Shown piece after piece: positions 10,115 through 18,509 of a stretch of DNA of 64,000 nt. The notes below the pieces were generated by a model. It was not told the DNA's origin. It saw nothing but the letters and a program-made list of their open reading frames with translations, and searched no databases. Origin of the DNA: Pseudomonadota bacterium (GTDB taxonomy: Bacteria; Pseudomonadota; Gammaproteobacteria; Magnimaribacterales; D2472); the NCBI GenBank assembly GCA_028404565.1, contig JAOOBR010000002.1, positions 25,848 to 89,847 on the forward strand, in the 5' to 3' direction. The translations under genes were made by a program, and so were the position numbers. Positions within the stretch are counted from its first letter, which is position 1. Each line of letters begins with the position of its first letter.

Positions 10115-11152
10115 ATGAGAAACGCAGTTTGCTGTCTATTTTTATTAATTTTCAGCGCAAATACCTTCTCCGTAAATAGTAATTTAATTTTAGCTGACGC
10201 TTTTCCAGATAAATTATCAGAATTTGAATTCTTTGTTGATGATTCTGCTCAAGAACCTCATGAAAAAGTTATCCCATATGAGTTAATTTCAACACTATTT
10301 TCTGATTATTCTTATAAGCAACGATGGGTATATGTTCCTAATAATGCCAAAGCATCATATGTGAAAGACTGGGTTTTTGATTTTCCTGAAGGTTCTGCAT
10401 TGATAAAGACTTTTTATTACCCGGTTGATGAAAGAAATCCAGATCTTGGTAAACAGCTTTTAGAGACGCGGCTTCTGTTAAGAAAAAAAGATGGTTGGGA
10501 AGCGGTTTCTTATGCCTGGAATGAACAACAAAATGAAGCCTATAAAAAAATAGCTGGAAAAACTATTAATGCATCTTGGACTGATTTCATGGGAGATAAA
10601 AGACAGGTGCGATATAGAGTCCCAAACGTTAATCAGTGTAAAGAGTGCCATGCTGCTAAAGATGCAATTACTCCAATAGGACCAAAAGCAAAAAACATAA
10701 ATAAAGACTTTAGCTTTGAAGAAGGAGACTTTAATCAGCTAGTCTATTGGATGAAAAAAGAAATAATTGATAGCTTCCCAGAGGATTTAGTTTCACCAGT
10801 CGATTGGAGAGATGAAAGTAAAGATATTAATGATAGAGCAAGGTCTTATCTAGATGTAAATTGTGGACACTGTCACTCACCAATAGGTAATGCAAACTCA
10901 ACTGGGCTCTATCTAAACTTAGTAGAGACAAGAGATATAAATTTAGGCATTTATAAAAAACCTGTAGCAACGGGAAGGGGTAGCGGGGGTAACAAATACT
11001 CTATAGTCCCAGGCAAGCCTGATGAATCTATTTTGCTCTATAGAATGGAATCAATGGATCCTGGAATAATGATGCCAGAGTCAGGTAGGGCTTTAACTCA
11101 TCAGGAGGCAGTTGAGATGGTAAGAGAGTGGATCACTCAATTACCAAACTAA
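10115..11152 (+). CDS. Diheme c-type cytochrome (SO_2930/HNE_0200-like family)
   Basis: 345 aa with a signal peptide and two CxxCH heme motifs (CKECH, CGHCH). Starts 5 nt after the beta-helix gene. Confidence 0.75.
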   Translation: MRNAVCCLFLLIFSANTFSVNSNLILADAFPDKLSEFEFFVDDSAQEPHEKVIPYELISTLFSDYSYKQRWVYVPNNAKASYVKDWVFDFPEGSALIKTFYYPVDERNPDLGKQLLETRLLLRKKDGWEAVSYAWNEQQNEAYKKIAGKTINASWTDFMGDKRQVRYRVPNVNQCKECHAAKDAITPIGPKAKNINKDFSFEEGDFNQLVYWMKKEIIDSFPEDLVSPVDWRDESKDINDRARSYLDVNCGHCHSPIGNANSTGLYLNLVETRDINLGIYKKPVATGRGSGGNKYSIVPGKPDESILLYRMESMDPGIMMPESGRALTHQEAVEMVREWITQLPN

Positions 11153-11173
11153 AGATCACTCTTATCTTTTTTT
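11125..11173 (+). terminator. Possible rho-independent terminator after the cytochrome gene
   Basis: AGAGTG(G)ATC pairs with GATCACTCT (9 bp, one bulge, 19-nt loop), followed by TATC and T7. The large loop makes it weak. Confidence 0.3.
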
Positions 11174-11286
11174 GCTTTACCATCATCATAAGTAAAGGTT
11201 ACACATAAAAAATATTACATACGACACAAAGTGTCATAAACATAGACAACAATATTTCTATATAAACTTAATGAGGAAAACATATT

Positions 11287-11595
11287 ATGAACATAAAAAC
11301 ACTAAAAATGATTTCAGCAGATCAATCAGAAGATATAAAAAAACTTGATGATAGTTTGGGAATATATGCCGAACAGATTCTTGAGTGTGACCGTGTTATA
11401 AAAGATGCAAAAGTGCATAAAGATTTATGCATGGAAAAGCTTAAAGGTGCAATGGGAAATCATATCTCTGCCAGAGTTTCGAACTATTCACTAGAATGGG
11501 GATTTATTTCATATAAAGCGCAGCCAGAAAAAATTACTCCAGCGAAGGAGGCAAGGACTATAAGAAAATCAAGCATAAAGATAAAAAAAATTTAA
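11287..11595 (+). CDS. Hypothetical protein
   Basis: 102 aa, charged, probably helical. No family recognised. Confidence 0.45.
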   Translation: MNIKTLKMISADQSEDIKKLDDSLGIYAEQILECDRVIKDAKVHKDLCMEKLKGAMGNHISARVSNYSLEWGFISYKAQPEKITPAKEARTIRKSSIKIKKI

Positions 11596-11672
11596 ACCCT
11601 TAGAGAGCTCATGAAGCTGATGCTTTTTCTTTAATCAGGGATATTGACAAGTATTGTATAATTACACTTATT

Positions 11673-12071
11673 ATGAAAACTCATCCAATTACTGATAAGT
11701 TTGCTGCTGGATTATCAATAGCATGTGCATTGCATTGTTTGCTGGTACCGTCTTTTTTAATTGTTACCTCAGGTGCGTTGGCGCTCTCGATAGATAATGA
11801 GTTAATTCATTGGGCTATTTTGTTTCTAGCTATCCCAATAAGCGTTTATGCACTAATTACTGGCGTTTCAAACCATAATGATTATGGTGTATTTTTAGTT
11901 GGTCTGGCAGGCTTAGGTGTTCTCACAGCTACAGCATTATCGGAAAGCTTTTTAACAGAAACATCTGTAATTATTTTTACATTGATGGGATCTGCTCTTG
12001 TAGTTTATGCGCACACAAAAAACTTTCAGCTATGTAAAGAGCTTGATTGTGATTGCCACGATGTTGTCTAG
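11673..12071 (+). CDS. MerC-domain membrane protein (putative metal-ion transporter)
   Basis: 132 aa with four TM segments. N-terminal CALHC motif as in MerC, and a C-terminal Cys/His cluster CKELDCDCHD. Confidence 0.65.
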   Translation: MKTHPITDKFAAGLSIACALHCLLVPSFLIVTSGALALSIDNELIHWAILFLAIPISVYALITGVSNHNDYGVFLVGLAGLGVLTATALSESFLTETSVIIFTLMGSALVVYAHTKNFQLCKELDCDCHDVV

Positions 12072-12089
12072 TAAAGACCTATAATTTTA

Positions 12090-12416
12090 ATGAATCCCTA
12101 TATTGTTCTTTTTTTAGCAATAATATTTGAGGTAATAGGTACGATGCTTCTCCCAGCATCACAAAATTTTACAAGACTAATCCCTACTTCAATCTTACTT
12201 TTTTCTTATGGCATATCTTTTTACTTCCTTGCTATAGTTACTCAGAAGCTGCCCCTATCAATTGTTTATGCTAGCTGGTCAGGCATAGGAGTATTTACCA
12301 TAGCTTTACTTAGTTATATTTTTTACAAGCAGACACTTAACTGGCAATCAGTTGTTGGTCTTTTCCTTATTGTGATCGGTGTTACGATTGTAAATATTTA
12401 TAAATCAGTTAATTAA
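12090..12416 (+). CDS. Small multidrug resistance (SMR/EmrE-like) transporter
   Basis: 108 aa with four TM segments and the conserved membrane Glu in ...IIFEVIGTMLL... Confidence 0.8.
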   Translation: MNPYIVLFLAIIFEVIGTMLLPASQNFTRLIPTSILLFSYGISFYFLAIVTQKLPLSIVYASWSGIGVFTIALLSYIFYKQTLNWQSVVGLFLIVIGVTIVNIYKSVN

Positions 12417-12422
12417 AAGAAG

Positions 12423-13058
12423 ATGATCAACCTAGAAGAAGTTAAACCATTTGCAGAGGGCGGCAATAGAGTTTGTTATATCCATCCCAACAATAAAAGC
12501 TTATGTTTGAAGATTAGCAAACCAGAAGTAGTAAAAAAAATGCGCTCAAATGCACCTTGGTACAAGAAGCTCAGATCAGAAAGAAGTTTTGACGATAACT
12601 ATAGGGAGGAGAGTGCGTACCAGCAAAGAGCTATAAAAGAAAACCCTCAAAAAATATGGAGTCATCTTGCAAAATGGTATGAATTTGTAGAAACCAGCAA
12701 GGGTCTGGCATCATGCACAGAGCTAATAACAAATAATGACAAAGTAGCCTTAAATTTAGAAGAATATTTATTTAGCAAAGGAAGAACCTCAGAAATTGAT
12801 AAAGCTTTAAAAGAATTTGAGATATTTCTAAAAGAAACCAAACTACTAACAAAAAACATAATACCTCACAATCTTGCTGTAAAAGAAAATGATTCTGAGC
12901 TGACACTAAAAATAATTGATGGCCTTGGATGCATGTCTTTTATACCCCTTCCAGAAATTAGTAATACTTTTGCAGACAGATATATCAAGAGAAGGATTGA
13001 GTTAATGTATTCAAGGATTGAATGGGACTTATCCGGAAGAAAAGGAAGTTGGAAATAA
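12423..13058 (+). CDS. YrbL-family (PhoP regulatory network) kinase-fold protein
   Basis: 211 aa. N-terminus ...GGNRVCYIHPNNKSLCLKI... and ...IPHNLAV...IIDGLG... parallel E. coli YrbL. Confidence 0.7.
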   Translation: MINLEEVKPFAEGGNRVCYIHPNNKSLCLKISKPEVVKKMRSNAPWYKKLRSERSFDDNYREESAYQQRAIKENPQKIWSHLAKWYEFVETSKGLASCTELITNNDKVALNLEEYLFSKGRTSEIDKALKEFEIFLKETKLLTKNIIPHNLAVKENDSELTLKIIDGLGCMSFIPLPEISNTFADRYIKRRIELMYSRIEWDLSGRKGSWK

Positions 13059-13060
13059 GG

Positions 13061-13594
13061 ATGCTTATTTTAGTTGCAATTGAAGAGGAGCTGAAGAGAT
13101 CTGAACTCCCTGATCACGAGATAGAGTATGTCGGTGTTGGCAAAGTGAATGCAGTTTTTAATACCTTGAATGCAATAGAAAAATACTCACCAACACAAAT
13201 TGTAAATTTTGGAACAGCCGGATCCCTTGATGAAAACATAAAGGGACTTGTTGAGGTTTCAAGTTTTTTCCAAAGAGATATGGATGCATCACCTCTTGGT
13301 TTTAAAGTTGGTCAAACTCCATTTGAAGAAGATATCGAGATAACCTTTGGAAGAGAAGGAGTAACATGTGGCACTGGTGATATGTTTGTCACCAGCTTAC
13401 CAAATCTAAAAACAGATATTGTTGATATGGAGTCCTATGCCATTGCAAAAGTGTGCAAACTAAAAAATATTGACTTTAGGTGTTTTAAATTCATTTCAGA
13501 TAATGCAGATAATGAAGCAAAGGATGACTGGGTTGACAATGTTTCACTTGGCGCAAAGCTATTTATTGAAAAAATTGGTAGCTTAAAGGATTAA
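13061..13594 (+). CDS. MTA/SAH nucleosidase-family (PNP/UDP phosphorylase superfamily) protein
   Basis: Start moved to the ATG at 13061, which has an AAGGA-type RBS; the track start at 13022 overlaps the upstream gene. GVGKVNA, NFGTAGS, VDMESYAIAKVC and ISDNAD match Pfs/MtnN motifs, but the protein is shorter. Confidence 0.65.
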   Translation: MLILVAIEEELKRSELPDHEIEYVGVGKVNAVFNTLNAIEKYSPTQIVNFGTAGSLDENIKGLVEVSSFFQRDMDASPLGFKVGQTPFEEDIEITFGREGVTCGTGDMFVTSLPNLKTDIVDMESYAIAKVCKLKNIDFRCFKFISDNADNEAKDDWVDNVSLGAKLFIEKIGSLKD

Positions 13595-13601
13595 TATAAG
13601 A

Positions 13602-14441
13602 ATGATTTCTTCAGTAGACCATTTAATAATCGCAGTGAAAAATCTCGATCAAGCAATAAATGACTACGAAAAAGTTCTTGGTGTTGGACCATGCTGGAAA
13701 GGAAAACACACCGAACTAGGAACAAAAAATGCTTTATTTAATTTTGAGAACACATACTTAGAGATTCTGTCTCCATGCGATGCAGGCCCTGGAACAGAGT
13801 TTATAAACTCCTTGCTTGCAGAGAAAGGAGATCATTTAGCAGGAATTGTTCTCGGAACACAAAACATAGAACATGCTCAAGAAGATTTAAACAAGAATGG
13901 ACATGCAGTTGAGATAAGCTCAGGTGAGGCAATCAACGAAAAAGATAGAAAAATAAGGCGGTGGAAAAATATTTTTTTACCAAACACCCTTAGTAGAGAG
14001 TTATTTATCTTTATCATTGAACACACTGAGGGCAATCTTCCAAAGCATGAAAGCCAAGATTCATCAAAAGTAAAAAAGCTTGATCATGTGGTAATAAATA
14101 CACAGGACGCAGATGATTTTATAAGCATTTATAGAGATATTTATAAAATAAGATTGGCCTTAGATAAAACTATAGAGCACTGGAAGAGAAGAATGCTGTT
14201 TTTCAGAACAAATGCAACCACAATTGAAGTTATTGAAGAAAAAGATAAAAAAGAATCAGCTGATGAGCTTTGGGGACTTGCCTGGGAAGTGGATTCGATT
14301 GAGGATGCGCACAAAAGATTAGTTAACAACAATGTTGAGGTAACGCCGATAAAAGAAGGGCTTAAGAAAGGAACCTTAGTAGCTACCATTAAATCTCATA
14401 CTTGTAATGTTCCAACACTTTTAATTGAGCACCTCAAATAA
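13602..14441 (+). CDS. Two-domain VOC (glyoxalase/bleomycin-resistance/dioxygenase) family protein
   Basis: 279 aa. Each half starts with a (V/L)DH(L/V)(I/V)I... beta-alpha-beta-beta-beta module. Confidence 0.5.
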   Translation: MISSVDHLIIAVKNLDQAINDYEKVLGVGPCWKGKHTELGTKNALFNFENTYLEILSPCDAGPGTEFINSLLAEKGDHLAGIVLGTQNIEHAQEDLNKNGHAVEISSGEAINEKDRKIRRWKNIFLPNTLSRELFIFIIEHTEGNLPKHESQDSSKVKKLDHVVINTQDADDFISIYRDIYKIRLALDKTIEHWKRRMLFFRTNATTIEVIEEKDKKESADELWGLAWEVDSIEDAHKRLVNNNVEVTPIKEGLKKGTLVATIKSHTCNVPTLLIEHLK

Positions 14442-14729
14442 ATGCTTGAAGGAACAAAATTTCAGATTATGGTTTGGAATGAACTAAAAAAAATTCCAGA
14501 GGGTGAAGTAAGAACTTATAAGGAGATCGCTTTAGCTATTGGAAAACCAAATTCTGCTCGCGCAGTTGCAAATGCATGTGGGAAAAACCCAAGACCAATT
14601 AAAATACCCTGTCATAGAGTGATTAGATCCGATGGACATTTGGGAGGATATAGCGGCAAAGGCGGGCCTTCGACAAAGCGTAAACTCCTAAAAAAAGAGG
14701 GAATATCTTTAAATAGCATTATAATGTGA
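14442..14729 (+). CDS. MGMT-family protein (methylated-DNA--protein-cysteine methyltransferase DNA-binding/active-site domain only)
   Basis: 95 aa. Intact PCHRV active-site motif and helix-turn-wing sequence. No N-terminal Ogt domain. Confidence 0.75.
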   Translation: MLEGTKFQIMVWNELKKIPEGEVRTYKEIALAIGKPNSARAVANACGKNPRPIKIPCHRVIRSDGHLGGYSGKGGPSTKRKLLKKEGISLNSIIM

Positions 14730-14732
14730 CCC

Positions 14733-15323
14733 ATGAATTTTAAGTTTCCAGATAGTTATAAGGCGAACAGACCTAAGCCATTTCAATGGCTTGGTAAAAT
14801 ATTAATAAAGCTTTCTGGATGGAAAATAAAAGGTCAAATATCAGATCTTTATGAAAATAAGAAGTTTGTTGCTATCGTTGCGCCACATACATCAAACTGG
14901 GATGCAGTGGTAGGCTTGGCGGCTATTGCAGCAGTTGACTTAAAAGTATATTTCATAGGTAAACACACGGTCTTCAAAGGGATATTGGGAAAATTCATGA
15001 AATACATGGGAGGTATTCCTGTTGATAGATCAAAGCCGGGTGGACTTATAAAAGACCTACTCAGGCAAGTTGAAGATAAAAAAAATGGACTTATTGGTCT
15101 TGCACCAGAGGGGACAAGGTCAAAAGTGGGTGAGTGGAAAACAGGATTCTTAAGAATTGCTAGAGAGCTTAATTCAGGAGTTGTGTTAGTTTCACTGGAT
15201 TTTTTTAAGAAAGAGTTAGTTTTTGGTAAAGAGTTTATGCCAACTGGAGATGATAAGCAGGATATTTTAAATATCAAAGAATACTACAATGCTTTTACAC
15301 CAAAAAACCCCGCCAACTTCTAA
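14733..15323 (+). CDS. 1-acyl-sn-glycerol-3-phosphate acyltransferase-family (PlsC-like) protein
   Basis: 196 aa with HTSNWD (HxxxxD) and APEGTRS acyltransferase motifs. Confidence 0.7.
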   Translation: MNFKFPDSYKANRPKPFQWLGKILIKLSGWKIKGQISDLYENKKFVAIVAPHTSNWDAVVGLAAIAAVDLKVYFIGKHTVFKGILGKFMKYMGGIPVDRSKPGGLIKDLLRQVEDKKNGLIGLAPEGTRSKVGEWKTGFLRIARELNSGVVLVSLDFFKKELVFGKEFMPTGDDKQDILNIKEYYNAFTPKNPANF

Positions 15324-16846
15324 AATAAATCCATTACTTTACAAATCTCAGAACTCTCATGACTTCTTTGATATATCTCATCATCTAAAACAAGAGTTGA
15401 ATCATTGTATGAATCATATTCTGGCCATGTTACAGCATCACTATTATTGGGATTTCCAGTCTTAGCAAAAGATAACCAGTAAGATTGAATCTCTCTAGTT
15501 AGTTCTTTGTCAGTCTCATTTGTTGGTAGCCACTCATCATGAGTATCAAAAACGTAAGGAAGTTCTGCACCATGGAAAGCTCCATATTTTTTTGCCAATT
15601 CATTATCTCTAACCCTATTAAATTGATATACCCAGGTTTTACCTCCTTTTTTCCCTAATTCATCGGCCATAAACAAGGAAGGACAGACAAAGTTTTTAGC
15701 TGTAATCAATAAATCCATTTTTCTGATGGGATCTTTTATATCATCAAGAAGCTGTAAAAGTTTTATTTTTTTCTCAGGAGTTGTTTCCTGATCAAGCCAT
15801 AGATCAACATTTACATTACCATCAAAATATAAAGACCATTCATCATTGTTTGACCCAATCAGAAGATCTACTTTTTCAACATTCTGGCTTTTAAAAGTAT
15901 CAGATAAGTTTCCAATCATAGAGAAACTATCATCAACATAGTTAAAGTAGTGCTCAGCATAAACTTCTTCTGAAACCTCAAGTATTTCTTCTGCGCTAAC
16001 ATTTTTTAAATTTTTAAGTGATGGATCTTTAAAAGAATTTGCAAAACTATTTGCCAGCTTTCTAACATCTAAACCTGAAGTTGGATAGGTAAAGGAAGAT
16101 CCGCCACTTTGATGGATTGCTTTATGAAATAAATTTTTGCTTAAGGGAGAAGCTATTAAATGACTAATCCCCCCAGCACCTGCTGATTCACCAACTAAAG
16201 TAACATTAGATGGATCACCCCCAAAGAAAGAAACATATTTTTGTATCCATTCAAGGGCCAAAATCTGATCATATAAAGCAAGATTAGGGCTTTCAATATC
16301 AGGATGAGAAAAAAAACCAAATACTCCAAGGCGATATGGAATACTTATAAGAATAAAACCTTTGTTAGCAATATTATGACCATGATAATTAGGTTCATAT
16401 GCCCAACCAGCTTTGTTGCTTCCACCATGAATATAAACAATTACAGGTAAATTATTTTTTAATTCCTTTGGTCTCCATAAATTTAAATACAAACAATCCT
16501 CACTAAACTCTGGAATATCGAAAGTTCTAGGATCGCTACCAAAGTCAAGAATTAACCTTTTATACCAATTAACAATTCTTTGGTTCTGAATACATGCAGC
16601 TCTAAACTTGTTAGCAGTTATTTCTTTTTTATTTTCAGGAGTCCAAGCAATAGGTTTTTCCCATCTGAGATCATTAATTGGCGGGACAGCAAAAGGTATG
16701 CCAAGAAACATCTCTACTTCATTATTTTGATGCAAACTGCCTATAAGTTTCGTATCTTTGATAAAAGTTGTTGGATGATAATTTGTTGACCCATAAACAC
16801 CAATGGTCAAAAGGATAATAACAATCCCGATAAAGGTTTTAAGCAT
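15320..16846 (-). CDS. Type-B carboxylesterase/lipase, secreted
   Basis: Start trimmed to MLKTFIG... at 16846, directly after the upstream stop. GESAG nucleophile elbow and a signal/anchor sequence. Confidence 0.85.
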   Translation of the reverse strand: MLKTFIGIVIILLTIGVYGSTNYHPTTFIKDTKLIGSLHQNNEVEMFLGIPFAVPPINDLRWEKPIAWTPENKKEITANKFRAACIQNQRIVNWYKRLILDFGSDPRTFDIPEFSEDCLYLNLWRPKELKNNLPVIVYIHGGSNKAGWAYEPNYHGHNIANKGFILISIPYRLGVFGFFSHPDIESPNLALYDQILALEWIQKYVSFFGGDPSNVTLVGESAGAGGISHLIASPLSKNLFHKAIHQSGGSSFTYPTSGLDVRKLANSFANSFKDPSLKNLKNVSAEEILEVSEEVYAEHYFNYVDDSFSMIGNLSDTFKSQNVEKVDLLIGSNNDEWSLYFDGNVNVDLWLDQETTPEKKIKLLQLLDDIKDPIRKMDLLITAKNFVCPSLFMADELGKKGGKTWVYQFNRVRDNELAKKYGAFHGAELPYVFDTHDEWLPTNETDKELTREIQSYWLSFAKTGNPNNSDAVTWPEYDSYNDSTLVLDDEIYQRSHESSEICKVMDLF

Positions 16847-16848
16847 TT

Positions 16849-18138
16849 TTATAAAAAAAGAAACTTGGAAACAAAAACAGCAGTTAAGAACCAAGCGCCA
16901 GATGAAATGTTTTTAATTTCACCATTAGAAATCTTGAGGACAACGTATGCCAAGAATCCAAGAGCAATTCCATTTGCAATGGAAAATGTAAGCGGAATCA
17001 TTACTATGATAATCAGAGCTGGTAAAAGCTCTGTTGAATCTGACCAATTAAGCTTTTCCATACCACTCATCATAAGAATAGAAACATAAATTAATGCACC
17101 TGCAGTAGCATAGGCTGGCACAATTGCAGCAAGCGGCGAAAAGAAAATTGCAACCAAAAAGAGAAGACCTACCACTACAGTTGTTAAACCAGTTCTTCCC
17201 CCAGCTTCTACTCCCGCAGAACTCTCAACATAACTTGTAACAGGGGAACAACCAAAGAAAGTCCCAAATATACTTGAACTACTGTCAGCTTTCAGAGCTT
17301 TATCAAAGTTTTTTGCATTGCCTAACTCATCAGTTATTTTTGCTCTAGTAGCAACGCCTAACAAAGTTCCAGCAGTATCAAAAAGATTAACAAAAAGAAA
17401 TGACATCACGACACTTAGCATCGCAACATCAAGAGCCCCAAGTATATTCATTTTCATAAAAGTAGGAGCAATACTTGGAGGCATAGAAACCAATCCTCGA
17501 AATTCAATTAGTCCAAACAGGACAGAAAGAATTGTTACTAGCATTACCCCGATCAGGATAGCTCCTGGAGTATTTCTCACAGAGAGAGAACAAATAATAA
17601 GAAAGCCAAATGCTGCCAACAAAGTTTCAGGATTTGTGAAATCACCAAGACTAAGAAATGTAGCATTGTTCGCAACTATCAACCCTCCATTTTTTAGACC
17701 TATAAATCCAATAAATAAACCAACACCAGCTCCCATAGCAATTCGAAGATTTAGCGGGATACTATCAAGCATCCACCTTCTCAATCTTGTTACGCTCATT
17801 ATGAAAAATAAAACACCTGCTAAGAACACTGCACCAAGCGCAACCTCCCATGAGTAACCCATTTCGCCTACAACCGTATAAGTAAAAAATGCATTTAGTC
17901 CCATTCCTGGAGCTAAACTTACTGGCCAATTTGAATAAATCCCCATAATTATGCAAGCCAACGAAGCTGCAAGACATGTACCTACAAAACTCGCACCAAG
18001 ATCCATGCCACTTACTGACATCATCTGAGGATTAACAAATATGATATAGGCCATTGTGACAAAGGTAGTGATACCAGCCAAAACCTCTTTGCCTAGGGAG
18101 GTATTATTCGATTGAAGTTTGAAGACTTTTTCTAACAT
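16849..18138 (-). CDS. NCS2/AzgA-family purine (adenine/guanine/hypoxanthine) permease
   Basis: 429 aa polytopic protein. N-terminus ...EVLAGITTFVTMAYIIFVNPQ... is typical of AzgA/PurP/GhxP permeases. Confidence 0.85.
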   Translation of the reverse strand: MLEKVFKLQSNNTSLGKEVLAGITTFVTMAYIIFVNPQMMSVSGMDLGASFVGTCLAASLACIIMGIYSNWPVSLAPGMGLNAFFTYTVVGEMGYSWEVALGAVFLAGVLFFIMSVTRLRRWMLDSIPLNLRIAMGAGVGLFIGFIGLKNGGLIVANNATFLSLGDFTNPETLLAAFGFLIICSLSVRNTPGAILIGVMLVTILSVLFGLIEFRGLVSMPPSIAPTFMKMNILGALDVAMLSVVMSFLFVNLFDTAGTLLGVATRAKITDELGNAKNFDKALKADSSSSIFGTFFGCSPVTSYVESSAGVEAGGRTGLTTVVVGLLFLVAIFFSPLAAIVPAYATAGALIYVSILMMSGMEKLNWSDSTELLPALIIIVMIPLTFSIANGIALGFLAYVVLKISNGEIKNISSGAWFLTAVFVSKFLFL

Positions 18139-18330
18139 TTAGATAAATTTTACAGGTTTAAACATACAAATTTAGGTTTTAAAGCAAAAAAAACAAAAAA
18201 AGTCGTCCAATCTTGATTTGAAGCTTGTTAAGTCAAAATTTAGAAAGTATTATTTTATATTGTGATTTGATTTGCACCATCTCCATGGTTAAAAAGGAGC
18301 TCAAATTTTTTGAGTAATATGTGAGTTAAA

Positions 18331-18378
18331 ATCGTTCAACTCTTCGGAGTCGGAAGTAAGCGAAAGCTGAAGGAACGC
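18331..18378 (+). promoter_or_regulatory. Glutamine riboswitch-like aptamer (glnA RNA type), copy 1 of a tandem pair
   Basis: AUCGUUCA-ACUC-UUCG-GAGU-CGGAAGUA-AGC-GAAA-GCU-GAAGGAACGC. P1 is CGUUC/GAACG, enclosing two tetraloop hairpins. The conserved cores match my recollection of the glnA RNA consensus. Confidence 0.65.
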
Positions 18379-18382
18379 AAAA

Positions 18383-18430
18383 ATCGTTCATCTCTTAGGA
18401 GACGGAAGTAGGTGAAAACCGAAGGAACGC
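18383..18430 (+). promoter_or_regulatory. Glutamine riboswitch-like aptamer (glnA RNA type), copy 2 of a tandem pair
   Basis: AUCGUUCA-UCUC-UUAG-GAGA-CGGAAGUA-GGU-GAAA-ACC-GAAGGAACGC. Same architecture as copy 1, with compensatory base-pair changes in both hairpins. Confidence 0.65.
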
Positions 18431-18435
18431 CGCTT

Positions 18436-18476
18436 GTTAAACGGACCGAGTTTAACTTCAATTGTCCTGCAGACAA
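18436..18476 (+). promoter_or_regulatory. Two hairpins between the aptamers and the receptor RBS (possible expression platform)
   Basis: GTTAAAC-GGACCGA-GTTTAAC (18436-18456) and TTGTC-CTGCA-GACAA (18462-18476). No U-tract follows, so they are not classic terminators. The GGGGA SD lies at about 18500. Confidence 0.3.
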
Positions 18477-18509
18477 AATACAAAATAAAAAACTTTACGG
18501 GGAAATTTT

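Noticed and set aside
11636-11672. A TTGACA and TATAAT promoter pair upstream of the MerC-like gene, possibly a MerR-type long-spacer promoter.
   Set aside because: TTGACA and TATAAT are only 7 nt apart. The alternative TTGACA-N19-TATTAT would put the -10 element on top of the start codon. No dyad operator is evident.
18139-18330. A purine riboswitch in the 5' leader of the minus-strand purine permease gene.
   Set aside because: Reading the minus strand, I found no three-way junction with the characteristic UAUNNGG and CUACC-type conserved loops and junctions. The only clear hairpin (CTCAAA-TTT-TTTGAG at about 18299-18313) is too small.
18331-18430. Alternative readings of the tandem ~48-nt repeats: a CRISPR-like or REP repeat, or a tandem glycine riboswitch (which shares a CCGAAGGA-like core and a tandem habit).
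   Set aside because: There are only two copies, with no spacers of CRISPR type. The differences between copies are compensatory within stems, which indicates RNA structure. Each unit is far too short for a glycine aptamer and lacks the GGAGAG and CUCAGGCAAAAGGAC-type cores. The CGGAAGUA and GAAGGAACGC cores fit the glutamine class better.
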